Part shown: piece by piece, positions 9,313 to 19,280 of the stretch
Numbering within the stretch: position 1 is the stretch's first letter
How the letters are laid out: the number at the start of each line of letters is the position of its first letter
NCBI GenBank assembly: GCA_946624985.1
Contig: CAMOSQ010000001.1
Location: 12,733 to 76,732 of the forward strand
DNA from: an uncultured Bacillales bacterium
Lineage (GTDB): Bacteria; Bacillota_I; Bacilli_A; RF39; UBA660
Direction: 5' to 3'
Length of the DNA stretch: 64,000 nucleotides
Notes under the pieces: model-generated
Told to the model about the DNA's origin: nothing
The model's input: the letters and a program-made list of their open reading frames with translations, nothing else
Database searches by the model: none
Position numbers and translations under genes: made by a program

Positions 9313-10638
9313 ATGATTGATGCTTATAATTTTTTGCTTCATGATATAGGTCTTAGATATGGGGATTCTGTTGTAGTTGCTTGTAGTGGTGGCCCTGATT
9401 CTATGGCGTTACTTTCTTTGTTTTGTGATATTAAAAAAGAGATAGATATTGAGGTTGTTTGTGCTCATGTTAATCATAATGTTAGACGTGAGAGTGAATC
9501 TGAGAAAATTTTTGTTGAAAGATTTTGTCGTGATCATAACATCGTTTTTGAGTATATGAAGATTGAAGATTATGGTGATGATAATTTTGAGAGTGAAGCT
9601 CGTACTAGACGTTATAATTATTTTGGTGAGATAGTAAAAAAACATAATTCTAAGTTTTTGTTTACTGCTCATCATGGTGATGATTTAATGGAGACTATTC
9701 TTATGCGTATTGTTAGGGGGTCAACTCTTAGAGGGTATAGTGGATTTTCTATGATTGTTGATAAGGGTAGTTATAAGATTGTTCGTCCTTTAATTCATCT
9801 TACGAAGGATGAAATTGTTTCTTATAATAAGAAGAATAATATTAAGTTTGTTATTGATAAGACAAATCTTGATGATGTTCATACTAGAAATCGATATAGA
9901 AAGTATGTTTTACCTTTTTTAAAAAAAGAGGATTTACGTGTTCATGATAAGTTTTATAAGTTTAGTAAGACTTTGTTAGAGTATAATGATTATATCGATT
10001 CTCAGGTTAAGAAAAATATTAAGAAGGTTTATTCTCAAAATGTTTTATTGATTGATAAGTTTTTAGAACTTGATCATGTTATTTGTATGAAAATTATTTA
10101 TAAGTTTTTAGAGGATTTTTATCAAGATGATTTAATGCTTATTACTGATAGGCATGCTGAGCTTATTTATAATATGATTTGTTCTAAAAAGTCTAATTTG
10201 AGTATTCATTTACCTAATGGTATTAAGGCTGTTAAATCATATAATAATTTTATGCTTATTTATGAAGCTATTGATGAATCTGATTATGATATTGAGATTT
10301 CTGAATATGTTAATTTACCAAATGGAAGAAATATTCAAAGATTAAAGAGAACTACTATTACTGATAATAGTGTTATCAGACTTTCTAGTGATGATGTTTT
10401 ATTGCCTTTACGTGTTCGAACTCGTAAGAATGGTGATAAGATTTATTTAAAGGGAATGATAGGTAGTAAGAAAGTAAAGGATATTTTTATTGATTCTAAG
10501 ATTCCTGTTAATTTACGTGATAGTTGGCCTGTTGTAGTTGATTCCAATAATACTATTGTTTGGATTCCTGATTTAAAAAAATCAAAATTTGATAGGCAAA
10601 AAGGTGAAAAGTGTGATATAATACTTAGGTATTATTAG
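9313..10638 (+). CDS. tilS: tRNA(Ile)-lysidine synthetase
   Basis: PP-loop VVACSGGPDS. Upstream of ftsH as in Bacillus. ATG 9313; the track start 9304 is GTG. Confidence 0.9.
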   Translation: MIDAYNFLLHDIGLRYGDSVVVACSGGPDSMALLSLFCDIKKEIDIEVVCAHVNHNVRRESESEKIFVERFCRDHNIVFEYMKIEDYGDDNFESEARTRRYNYFGEIVKKHNSKFLFTAHHGDDLMETILMRIVRGSTLRGYSGFSMIVDKGSYKIVRPLIHLTKDEIVSYNKKNNIKFVIDKTNLDDVHTRNRYRKYVLPFLKKEDLRVHDKFYKFSKTLLEYNDYIDSQVKKNIKKVYSQNVLLIDKFLELDHVICMKIIYKFLEDFYQDDLMLITDRHAELIYNMICSKKSNLSIHLPNGIKAVKSYNNFMLIYEAIDESDYDIEISEYVNLPNGRNIQRLKRTTITDNSVIRLSSDDVLLPLRVRTRKNGDKIYLKGMIGSKKVKDIFIDSKIPVNLRDSWPVVVDSNNTIVWIPDLKKSKFDRQKGEKCDIILRYY

Positions 10639-10654
10639 AAAGGAAGTTGTTTTG

Positions 10655-12631
10655 ATGAATAAAAAGACTGTTAAAAAGGGACTTTTACCTTATTTATTCT
10701 TATTTTTAATAATGTTAGGTGTTGTATATTTTCTTAATGTTGCAAATAAAAAGGTGAATGTTATTACTTATGATGAATTTTTAGGGTTTGCTAGTGAGGG
10801 AAATGTTAAGGAAGTTAATATAACTCCTAATTCGCGTGCTAGTTTGTATGATGTAAAGGGTACTTTGAAGTCTTATGGTGAAAATGAATATTTTACTTTT
10901 AAGATGCCTCTTACTGATGAGGTTATTTCTAATATAATGGATTTACAGTCTTCTAAAGGGTTTGTAGTTGATGCATCAGCTGATCCTGAATCTAGTACGA
11001 TTTTACTTATTATTGTGAATGTACTTCCTATGGTTATTATTGTTGGTGCTGCTTTCTATTTTATTACTAAGCAAATGGGTAGCGCTAATAAGTCAATGGA
11101 TTTTGGTAGAAGTAGAGCTCGCTTAAGTGAGAATAATAATAAAGTAACTTTTAAGGATGTTGCTGGTCTTGATGAAGAAAAAGAAGAGGTAGCTGAGTTA
11201 ATTGATTTCTTGAAAAGTCCTAAGAAATTTCAAAAATTAGGTGCTAGAATTCCTAAAGGAGTTTTACTTGTAGGTCCTCCGGGAACTGGTAAGACACTTC
11301 TTGCTCGTGCTGTTGCTGGTGAGGCTAACGTTCCATTTTATTTTATAAGTGGTTCTGAATTTGTAGAGTTATTTGTTGGTGTTGGTGCTTCTCGTGTTAG
11401 GGATATGTTTAAGCAGGCAAAACAAAGTGCTCCATGTTTAATTTTTATTGATGAAATTGATGCTGTTGGACGTCAAAGAGGAGCTGGTTTAGGTGGAGGT
11501 CATGATGAACGTGAACAAACACTTAATCAGTTATTAACTGAAATGGATGGTTTTGGTGCCAATGAAGGTATAATTATCATTGCAGCTACTAATAGACCTG
11601 ATGTTTTGGATCCAGCTCTTTTAAGACCTGGTAGATTTGACCGTCAGGTTCAAGTTAATTTACCTGATTGTAAGGGTCGTAAAGAAATTTTGGCAGTTCA
11701 TGCTAGAAATAAGATTTTTGCTAAGAGTGTTAAGCTAGATAATATTGCTGAGAGAACTGTTGGATTTAGCGGAGCTGATCTTGAGAATTTACTTAATGAG
11801 GCTGCACTTTTAGCTGTTCGTCGTAATAAGGATTGTATTACTATGTCTGAGATTGATGAAGCTCACGATAGAGTATTAATGGGTCCTGCTAAAGTTAGTA
11901 AGAAGTATACTGAAAATGATAAGAAGTTAGTTGCTTATCATGAAGCTGGTCATGCTGTTATTGGTATTAAGCTAGATGGCGCAAATGATGTTCAAAAGAT
12001 TACTATTATTCCTCGTGGTTATGCAGGTGGCTATACTATGATGCTTCCTAAAGAGGAAAGATTTACTTCTACTAAGAAAGAGTTATTAGAAAGAATTACT
12101 GGTCTTCTTGGTGGACGTGTTGCTGAAGAAATGATGTTTAATGAGGTTACAACTGGTGCTCACAATGACTTTGAACAGGCTACTAAGATCGCTCGTGCTA
12201 TGGTAACTGAATATGGTATGAGTAGTTTAGGTCCTGTTCAATTAGAACAACAAGAAGGTAGTGTTTTCTTAGGTAGAGATTATAACAAGTCTCGTAATTT
12301 CTCTGGTCAGGTTGCTTTTGAGATTGATCAAGAGATGCGTAAAATTATGGATGATTGTTATAAAGATGCTCAAAAGATTTTAAAAGATAATAAGGATTTA
12401 CTTGATTTGATTGCTAATGTTCTTTTAGAGAAAGAAACAATAACTAAGGAAGAAATTGATCATTTAGTTCTTTACGGAAAGTTACCTGCTGAAGGTGAGG
12501 AAGAAGAGGCTAAAGATTTAAATCTTGAGGATTTATCTGTTGCTGAATTAAAGGAGTTAGCAAAGAATAAAGGTATTAAAGGATATAGTAAAATGACTAA
12601 GGAAGAATTAATCGATGAATTACAGGGTTAA
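10655..12631 (+). CDS. ftsH: ATP-dependent zinc metalloprotease FtsH, with extra C-terminal helix-extended-helix tail
   Basis: Walker [17 protein letters not shown] region, HEAGHA zinc site. Last ~37 aa [30 protein letters not shown] resemble a Rho_N/SAP-like module. Confidence 0.95.
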   Translation: MNKKTVKKGLLPYLFLFLIMLGVVYFLNVANKKVNVITYDEFLGFASEGNVKEVNITPNSRASLYDVKGTLKSYGENEYFTFKMPLTDEVISNIMDLQSSKGFVVDASADPESSTILLIIVNVLPMVIIVGAAFYFITKQMGSANKSMDFGRSRARLSENNNKVTFKDVAGLDEEKEEVAELIDFLKSPKKFQKLGARIPKGVLLVGPPGTGKTLLARAVAGEANVPFYFISGSEFVELFVGVGASRVRDMFKQAKQSAPCLIFIDEIDAVGRQRGAGLGGGHDEREQTLNQLLTEMDGFGANEGIIIIAATNRPDVLDPALLRPGRFDRQVQVNLPDCKGRKEILAVHARNKIFAKSVKLDNIAERTVGFSGADLENLLNEAALLAVRRNKDCITMSEIDEAHDRVLMGPAKVSKKYTENDKKLVAYHEAGHAVIGIKLDGANDVQKITIIPRGYAGGYTMMLPKEERFTSTKKELLERITGLLGGRVAEEMMFNEVTTGAHNDFEQATKIARAMVTEYGMSSLGPVQLEQQEGSVFLGRDYNKSRNFSGQVAFEIDQEMRKIMDDCYKDAQKILKDNKDLLDLIANVLLEKETITKEEIDHLVLYGKLPAEGEEEEAKDLNLEDLSVAELKELAKNKGIKGYSKMTKEELIDELQG

Positions 12632-12706
12632 TTCTTTTTTGTTTGATTATTTTATTTTTTTATGTTATTATTAAATAGTAAGATAAGATAGGTGAGGTGG
12701 ATTTAA

Positions 12707-13705
12707 ATGGCTTGTCCAAAATGTGGTTTTCATGTAACTGATGATATGATTTTTTGTCCTGAATGTGGTACTAATTTAAGGCAAAATATTCAAGCTCAAC
12801 AATTAAATAGTAGTTTAGATGGTGTTACTTCTGAGCAAGAAGATGTTCAAAGTAATTTAAGTGGTTCTACAAATAATAGGAAAAATAGTAATTTTAGTAA
12901 GATTTTTGTTGTATTAATAGTTATTGTTTTAATTATTATTGCTTATTCATTTATGAGTTCTAAGGGCTCTTCTAAAGCAAATAATTCGGTAGATAATAGT
13001 AATCAAATTGAGGAAAATGAAGTCTTTGAAGAAAATAATAATGATGGTTCTATTAATAATAATATAGAAAATAAAAAGCCTTTAATTACTGATGAAAAAA
13101 TTGTTGGAGTAGTAGACCCAAGTACTAATTTAACTTATGATAAAACTGGTGCATTTTTAATGGAAATTGAAAATGTATCTACTGATTCTAGTGGTAATGT
13201 ACTTGTTTCTGGAAAGATTCAACGTGGAATAATTAATATAAATGATAAGGTTCATCTTATTGGTCTTGATAAAGAAATAAAAAGTGTTGATGTTATTGGT
13301 ATTGAAAAGGATGGAAATAACATTAATTCGGCAGAATTTGGAGATAATGTTTTACTTACTATTAGTGGTGTATCGTCTGATGATATTCAAATAGGTCAGG
13401 CTATAATACAACCTAATTCAATTAAGTCTATTACTAAGTATGAGGCACATGTTTATTTGTTTACAAAGGAAGAAGGTGGGCGTCATACTCCGATTTTTAC
13501 TGGTTATAGGCCAATAATTCGTTTTAGAACATTTCGTTTAAAAGGTGAATTTAGTTTTTCTGCTGATGCTATTTATTGGGGTGGCGATTCATTAGATACA
13601 ACAATTGAATTAGAAAATGGTATTCCATTGGAAGTTGGAACTGAGTTTGATGTTATGGAGAGTGAAAGAATAGTAGGTAAAGGAACTGTTGTAAAAGTCT
13701 ATTAG
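12707..13705 (+). CDS. Zinc-ribbon / single-TM protein with C-terminal EF-Tu domain II + III homology, no G domain
   Basis: CPKCG...CPECG ribbon. TM FSKIFVVLIVIVLIIIAYSFM. FLMEIENV..., KYEAHVYLFTKEEGGRHTPIFTGYRPIIRFRT and IVGKGTVVKV align with EF-Tu FxMPVEDVF, KFxAEVYxLxKEEGGRHTPFFxxYRPQFYFRT and GRTVGAGVVxK. Confidence 0.8.
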   Translation: MACPKCGFHVTDDMIFCPECGTNLRQNIQAQQLNSSLDGVTSEQEDVQSNLSGSTNNRKNSNFSKIFVVLIVIVLIIIAYSFMSSKGSSKANNSVDNSNQIEENEVFEENNNDGSINNNIENKKPLITDEKIVGVVDPSTNLTYDKTGAFLMEIENVSTDSSGNVLVSGKIQRGIININDKVHLIGLDKEIKSVDVIGIEKDGNNINSAEFGDNVLLTISGVSSDDIQIGQAIIQPNSIKSITKYEAHVYLFTKEEGGRHTPIFTGYRPIIRFRTFRLKGEFSFSADAIYWGGDSLDTTIELENGIPLEVGTEFDVMESERIVGKGTVVKVY

Positions 13706-13714
13706 TTGTTATAT

Positions 13715-13744
13715 AAAAGGTCAAAAATTAATTTTGGCCTTTTA
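13715..13744 (+). terminator. Rho-independent terminator
   Basis: aaaaggtcaaaa (13715-13726) / ttttggcctttt (13732-13743), one G-U pair, T-rich tail. Confidence 0.6.
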
Positions 13745-13947
13745 TTATTTATTATATTGTATGTTAATATTATTTATTTATAAGTAACATTTTTGAAAAA
13801 TAATTTTATTTTTTGTTATGTAATATAAGTGTAAAGTATTTTTTAAAATATTTGGATACTTTTTTGTTTTTTTTGATTCATTTGATGGTAAATTATTCTA
13901 AAGTATGATAAAATTATAAATGAGTTATAAAAGAAGATGGTGATGTT

Positions 13948-14733
13948 ATGGGTAAGGTTATTGCCTTAGTTAATCAAAAAGGTGGAGTTGGAAAGACTAC
14001 ATCTAGTATAAATTTAGCTGCATCTTTGGGTGCACTTGGAAAAAAAGTATTGTTAGTTGATTTAGATCCTCAAGGTAATGCTACTACTGGTATAGGTATT
14101 GATAAAGGTGAGCTTTCATGTAGTGTTTATGATTTACTAGTTGGTAAGGCTGAACTTAAGGATGTTATTGTTAAGACTAAGTTTAAAAATTTGTATGTTA
14201 TTCCTGCTACTATTAATTTAGCTGGTGCTGATATAGAGCTTATTGATATGAGTAGGGTTGATATGAGTTTTTCAAAGAATGGTCAGTTAAAGAAGCATTT
14301 GGATATTGCTAAGGAAACTTTTGATTATATTATAATTGATTGTCCTCCTAGTTTGGGAGTTTTAACAACTAATGCTTTAACTGCTGCAAATTCTGTTATT
14401 ATACCTGTTCAGTGTGAGTTTTATTCAGTTCAAGGTATTGTTCAGCTTTTGAATACAATTAGGCTTGCTCAGAATGGTTTAAATCCTAATCTTGCTATAG
14501 AAGGAGTTTTACTTACTATGTATGATTCTAGAACAAATGCTGCAATTGAGGTAGTGGAAGAGGTTAGGAGTTATTTTAAGGAGGTTGTTTATTCAACAAT
14601 TATTCCTAGGCAGGTTAGGCTAGCAGAGGCTCCAAGTCATGGTAAGCCTATAATTGCATATGATCCACGTTGTAGAGCTACTGATGCATATTTAAATTTA
14701 GCTAGAGAGGTGGTTGAAAAAAATGGAAACTAA
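13948..14733 (+). CDS. soj: Chromosome partitioning ATPase ParA/Soj
   Basis: Deviant Walker A NQKGGVGKTT; DCPPSLG; followed by parB. Confidence 0.95.
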   Translation: MGKVIALVNQKGGVGKTTSSINLAASLGALGKKVLLVDLDPQGNATTGIGIDKGELSCSVYDLLVGKAELKDVIVKTKFKNLYVIPATINLAGADIELIDMSRVDMSFSKNGQLKKHLDIAKETFDYIIIDCPPSLGVLTTNALTAANSVIIPVQCEFYSVQGIVQLLNTIRLAQNGLNPNLAIEGVLLTMYDSRTNAAIEVVEEVRSYFKEVVYSTIIPRQVRLAEAPSHGKPIIAYDPRCRATDAYLNLAREVVEKNGN

Positions 14734-15598
14734 GAAAAAGGTTTTAGGGAAGGGTTTGGAAGATTTATTTAATAGTGAAAATTTAAATTTTTCTAATGTT
14801 GAAAAACAAATATATGATAGTGCTTCTAGTGAAGAGATTGTTGAGTTAAATTTAAGTGATTTGCGTCCTAATCCATATCAACCTAGAAAGGTTTTTGATG
14901 ATGAAGCTTTAAATGAACTCGCTTCTTCAATAAAGGAACACGGTGTTTTTCAACCTATTATTGTTAAGAAGAGTATAAAGGGTTATGATATTATTGCGGG
15001 TGAACGACGTTTTAGAGCGTCTAAGATTGCTGGATTAGAAAAGATACCTGCAATTGTTCGTGATTTTAGTGATTCTCAAATGATGGAAATTGCTTTGTTA
15101 GAAAATCTTCAACGTGAAAATTTAAATGCAATAGAGGAAGCTAATGCATATAAGTCAATGATTGAAAAACTTAATTTGACTCAGGATGATTTATCTAAAA
15201 AAGTAGGTAAGAGTAGAAGTCATATTACAAATATTATTGGTCTTTTGAGGTTGCCTAAAGTTGTTCAAGATATGATTAGTGATAATAGAATAACAATGGG
15301 ACATGCAAGGGCTTTGAGTAAATTAAATGATGATGACGAAATTATTAGTTTGGCAAATAAAATTGTTGATGATAATTTGGTTGTTAGAGATATTGAAAAT
15401 ATAACTAGTTCTAATGATGTTGCTAAAAAAGTTAAGGTAAATAGAAATTCTTCTACTAAGTATAAATATGTTGAAGATATTCTTAGGGATAAGTTTGATA
15501 CTAAGATTAGTATTAAAAGTAAGAAGATTGAGATTTCTTATGATGGTGATGCTGATTTAAATAGAATATTAGAAATTTTAGATATTAAGGATATATAA
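14723..15598 (+). CDS. spo0J: Chromosome partitioning protein ParB/Spo0J
   Basis: LRPNPYQPR, GERRFRA and HTH region. ATG 14723 with GAGAGGTGG upstream; track start 14714 is TTG. Confidence 0.95.
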   Translation: METKKKVLGKGLEDLFNSENLNFSNVEKQIYDSASSEEIVELNLSDLRPNPYQPRKVFDDEALNELASSIKEHGVFQPIIVKKSIKGYDIIAGERRFRASKIAGLEKIPAIVRDFSDSQMMEIALLENLQRENLNAIEEANAYKSMIEKLNLTQDDLSKKVGKSRSHITNIIGLLRLPKVVQDMISDNRITMGHARALSKLNDDDEIISLANKIVDDNLVVRDIENITSSNDVAKKVKVNRNSSTKYKYVEDILRDKFDTKISIKSKKIEISYDGDADLNRILEILDIKDI

Positions 15599-15599
15599 T

Positions 15600-16400
15600 A
15601 TGAAAAGTTTTTTGGATAAGATTTTAGTTAAAGAGGTTGTTGGTCCTATATTAATTATTTTAATTTCTTTTGTTATTTATTTAATACTTAAGGGGATAAT
15701 TAATAATCTTTTTCAAATAAAGAATAAATATATTGATAATAGAAAGAGTAAGACTATAAATGGTCTTGTTAATAATTTGATTAAGTATTTTATTATAATT
15801 ATTGATATAGTTATGATTCTTGATATATTTGGAGTTGATACAAAGACTCTTATAGCTTCTTTAGGTGTTGCAGGATTTGTTGTTGGACTTGCTGTTCAAG
15901 ATACATTAAAGGATTTTGTGGCTGGAATTACTATTATTTTAGAAAATCAATATAGGGTAGGAGATACTATTACTGTTAAAGGTTTTAGAGGAGAAGTAAT
16001 TTCTTTAGGAATTAAATCTACTAAGATTAAGGCATATACTGGTGAAGTAATGATAATAGCAAATCATCTTATTGAAGAGGTAATTAATCATAGTTTGGAT
16101 AAGTCAGTGGCAATTGTAGATATTCCTGTTTCATATGATACTGATATTGATAAGTTGGAGAGTGTGTTGAATAAATTATTTGATAAGTTAAATGGAAATT
16201 TAGATGGTTTAAAGGGTAAGATATCTATACTTGGTTTACAAAGTTATGATGATAGTTCTATTTCATTTAGGGTAATTGTTGATACATTGCCTATGATGAA
16301 TTATCAAGTTGAAAGAGAATTAAGAAAGGCAATTAAAATGGAATTAGATAAGAATAAAATTGAAATTCCATTTACTCAGGTGGTGGTTCACAATGGATAA
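15600..16400 (+). CDS. Small-conductance mechanosensitive channel (MscS family)
   Basis: Three N-terminal TM helices, then the MscS beta-domain pattern (VGDTITVKGFRGEVISLGIKSTKIK...). Confidence 0.8.
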   Translation: MKSFLDKILVKEVVGPILIILISFVIYLILKGIINNLFQIKNKYIDNRKSKTINGLVNNLIKYFIIIIDIVMILDIFGVDTKTLIASLGVAGFVVGLAVQDTLKDFVAGITIILENQYRVGDTITVKGFRGEVISLGIKSTKIKAYTGEVMIIANHLIEEVINHSLDKSVAIVDIPVSYDTDIDKLESVLNKLFDKLNGNLDGLKGKISILGLQSYDDSSISFRVIVDTLPMMNYQVERELRKAIKMELDKNKIEIPFTQVVVHNG

Positions 16401-16578
16401 GGATTATAGGTTAGGTAGTATTGTTGTTATGAAGAAACCTCATCCGTGTGGTACTAATGAGTGGGAAGTTGTTAGAGTAGGCGCGGATATTAAGATTAAG
16501 TGTATCAAATGTTCTAGAGTTATATTACTTCCAAGATTGGAATTTAATAAAAAACTTAAGAAGGTTATTTCTTATTAG
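16393..16578 (+). CDS. DUF951-family small protein (YyzM-like)
   Basis: MDKDYRLGSIVVMKKPHPCGTNEWEVVRVGADIKIKCIKCSR; CxxxxxW...CxxC pattern. Same neighbourhood (spo0J ... ychF) as B. subtilis yyzM. ATG 16393 overlaps the mscS end. Confidence 0.75.
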   Translation: MDKDYRLGSIVVMKKPHPCGTNEWEVVRVGADIKIKCIKCSRVILLPRLEFNKKLKKVISY

Positions 16579-16586
16579 GAGGATTT

Positions 16587-18089
16587 ATGAGAAAGAAAAA
16601 AACTAAAAAGTTTTTTCAGGGGGATTTATCAGTTGTTTTATTTATGATTTTTATAGTTATGGTTTTATCTCTTGCTCTTTCTATTTTTGGATTTCAAGGC
16701 TATGAAACTTATATTTCTAATGGTATTTTGGAATCTTCATTAGTAACTGTAAATAATATTTTTTCTGTTGAGGGGTTTAAGTTTTTCTTTTCTAATGCAG
16801 TTACTAATTTTAAATTATTTGAGCCATTAGTTTTGCTTATTATTTCTCTTATTGGAATAGGAATTGCTGATTCTAGTGGAATGCTTGATACTGTTTTTTT
16901 ACCTTTGAGAAAGGTTAAGAGTTCTTTTTTAACGTTTATAGTTATTATAATTAGTGTTTCGATTACTTTTTTTGGTAGTTCGAGTTATGTAATTTTGTTT
17001 CCACTTGTTGGTCTTTTATATAAGAAGATCGGAAAGAATCCGTTACTAGGTCTTATTACCGTTTTTCTTGGTGTAACATTGGGGTATGGAACTGGAATAA
17101 TGTTTAATTATGATTCTTATATTTTAGGAAAGCTTACTGAAGCTGCTGCAAAGGTTGAAGTTGATAAGGATTATGCATTTAGTTTGGTTTCAACTGAATA
17201 TATAATGGTTATAAGTACTTTTATTATTAGTTTTGTTTTAACTAGTTTAATTGAAAAAAAGATTGCGCCTTTTTATTATAAGAAAGGTGATGTTGTTTCT
17301 AGTAATAATAAGTTTTCTTATCCAACTATGTTTTTATTTTTTGGATTGCTTCTTATTTTAATATATATGCTTATTCCGGGGTTGCCTGGATCAGGGTTAT
17401 TGCTTGATCAAACTTCTGTAAGATATATCGATAAGCTATTTGGTTATAATAGTCCTTTTGCAAATGGATTTATATGTATTTTTAGTTTAATTTTATCTAT
17501 TTGTGGTATTTTCTATGGGTTTTTGAATGGCATTAGAACAACTGAAGTATATACTAAAGGCTTAATTGATATATTTGATGGTTATGGTTATTTATTTTGT
17601 CTTATGTTTTTAGTTTCTGTTTTGCAAGGAGTAATTGATTGGACTAATATCGGCGTTGTTTTGAGTAGTAATATGATTGATTTTATCAGTAAGATGCAAT
17701 TATCTGGTGTATTTTTAATTATTATATTTTTCTTAGTTATAATTTTAATGAGTATTTTTATACCTTCTACTGTTGATAAATGGGTTATAGCTTCTCCTGT
17801 TGTTGTTCCTCTTATGATGCGTTCAAATATTACACCTGATTTTACTCAATTTATTTATCAGATAGCTGATAGTGTTGGTAAGGGTTTAACACCTATTTAT
17901 GCTTATTTTATTATTCTTATTGGATTTATGTATAGATTTAAGGATGATGATTATCCATTATCTATATCTCGTGTTTTAAAAGTTACAGTTCCAATATGTT
18001 TAATTGTCGGATTATTGTGGTTATTAATACTTGCTTTATGGTATATTTCTGGCATGCCTATTGGTTTAGGAGGGTATTCTGCTTTATAG
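16587..18089 (+). CDS. AbgT-family transporter (aminobenzoyl-glutamate/antimetabolite efflux family)
   Basis: 500 aa, polytopic. N-terminal region ...VEGFKFFFSNAVTNFKLFEPLVLLIISLIGIGIADSSGM matches the AbgT family signature as I recall it. Confidence 0.7.
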   Translation: MRKKKTKKFFQGDLSVVLFMIFIVMVLSLALSIFGFQGYETYISNGILESSLVTVNNIFSVEGFKFFFSNAVTNFKLFEPLVLLIISLIGIGIADSSGMLDTVFLPLRKVKSSFLTFIVIIISVSITFFGSSSYVILFPLVGLLYKKIGKNPLLGLITVFLGVTLGYGTGIMFNYDSYILGKLTEAAAKVEVDKDYAFSLVSTEYIMVISTFIISFVLTSLIEKKIAPFYYKKGDVVSSNNKFSYPTMFLFFGLLLILIYMLIPGLPGSGLLLDQTSVRYIDKLFGYNSPFANGFICIFSLILSICGIFYGFLNGIRTTEVYTKGLIDIFDGYGYLFCLMFLVSVLQGVIDWTNIGVVLSSNMIDFISKMQLSGVFLIIIFFLVIILMSIFIPSTVDKWVIASPVVVPLMMRSNITPDFTQFIYQIADSVGKGLTPIYAYFIILIGFMYRFKDDDYPLSISRVLKVTVPICLIVGLLWLLILALWYISGMPIGLGGYSAL

Positions 18090-18175
18090 AATATCCTTTT
18101 TTTTGTTGTTTTTTTCTCTAAAAAATTGTATAATGTATTTCAACGACTATTTTATTATGTATTGGAGGGTTATTT

Positions 18176-19273
18176 ATGGGTTTAACTGCAGGTATAGTTG
18201 GGCTTCCTAATGTTGGTAAGTCAACTTTGTTTAATGCAATTACTAAAAAAAATATTTTGGCTGCAAATTATCCTTTTGCGACTATTGATCCAAATGTTGG
18301 TGTAGTTATTGTTCCAGATTATAGATTAGATTTTTTAAATGATTTATATAAACCAAAGAGTTTAGTTCCAACTGCTTATGAGTTTACCGATATTGCTGGT
18401 CTTGTTAAAGGTGCTTCAAATGGAGAGGGACTTGGAAATAAGTTTTTATCTCACATTCGTGAGGTTGATGCGATTGTTGAAGTTGTTCGTTGTTTTGAAG
18501 ATTCTAACATTATTCATGTTGAAAATGATGTTAATCCTATTCGTGATATAGAGATTATTAATGTTGAACTTATTTTGTCTGATTTAGAGATTATAGAGAA
18601 TAGAATTAATAAAATTGGCAAGAAGGCTAGTATGTCTAAGGATAAGGAAATTCAAAAAGAAGCAGAAATTTTATTCAAGATTAAAGATGTTTTAGAAAAA
18701 AATCAACCTGTTAGAAGTCTTCATTTTGAGGATGATGAGTGGGCTTTTGTTAAGCATTTTAATTTGATTACTGCTAAACCTATTATTTATATGGCTAATG
18801 TTTCTGAAGATGATATTGTTAGTGGTAATAAGTACGTTGAAATGGTTCGTGAGTATGCATCTAATGAAGGTTCAGAGGTTGTAGTTGTATGCGCTAAGAT
18901 AGAAGCTGAACTTTCTGAACTTAGTGATGAAGAAAAGAATGAGTTTTTAAAGGATATGGGAGTTGAAGAGAGTGGCCTTGATAAATTAATTAAGGCAACT
19001 TATTCACTTTTAAATTTAGCTACATATTTTACTGCAGGTGCCGATGAAGTTCGTGCTTGGACTTTTAAAAAAGGTATGAAAGCTCCTGAGTGTGCTGGTA
19101 TTATTCATTCTGATTTTCAGAAAGGTTTTATTAAGGCTGAGGTTATGAGTTATTCTGATTTAGTTTTATGTGGTGATGAAAAAAAGGTTAAGGAAAATGG
19201 AAAATTAAGATTAGAGGGAAAGGATTATATTATGAAGGATGGCGATATTTGCTATTTCAGATTTAATGTATAG
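18176..19273 (+). CDS. ychF: Ribosome-binding ATPase YchF
   Basis: GIVGLPNVGKSTLFNA, DIAGLVKGAS, C-terminal TGS-like FxKGFIKAEV. Confidence 0.95.
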   Translation: MGLTAGIVGLPNVGKSTLFNAITKKNILAANYPFATIDPNVGVVIVPDYRLDFLNDLYKPKSLVPTAYEFTDIAGLVKGASNGEGLGNKFLSHIREVDAIVEVVRCFEDSNIIHVENDVNPIRDIEIINVELILSDLEIIENRINKIGKKASMSKDKEIQKEAEILFKIKDVLEKNQPVRSLHFEDDEWAFVKHFNLITAKPIIYMANVSEDDIVSGNKYVEMVREYASNEGSEVVVVCAKIEAELSELSDEEKNEFLKDMGVEESGLDKLIKATYSLLNLATYFTAGADEVRAWTFKKGMKAPECAGIIHSDFQKGFIKAEVMSYSDLVLCGDEKKVKENGKLRLEGKDYIMKDGDICYFRFNV

Positions 19274-19280
19274 GTGTTTT

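Noticed and set aside
13745-13947. A 200-bp AT-rich intergenic region upstream of soj, considered as oriC or a DnaA-box cluster
   Set aside because: No TTATCCACA/TGTGGATAA-like boxes are visible and dnaA/dnaN are not nearby. It is most simply a promoter region.
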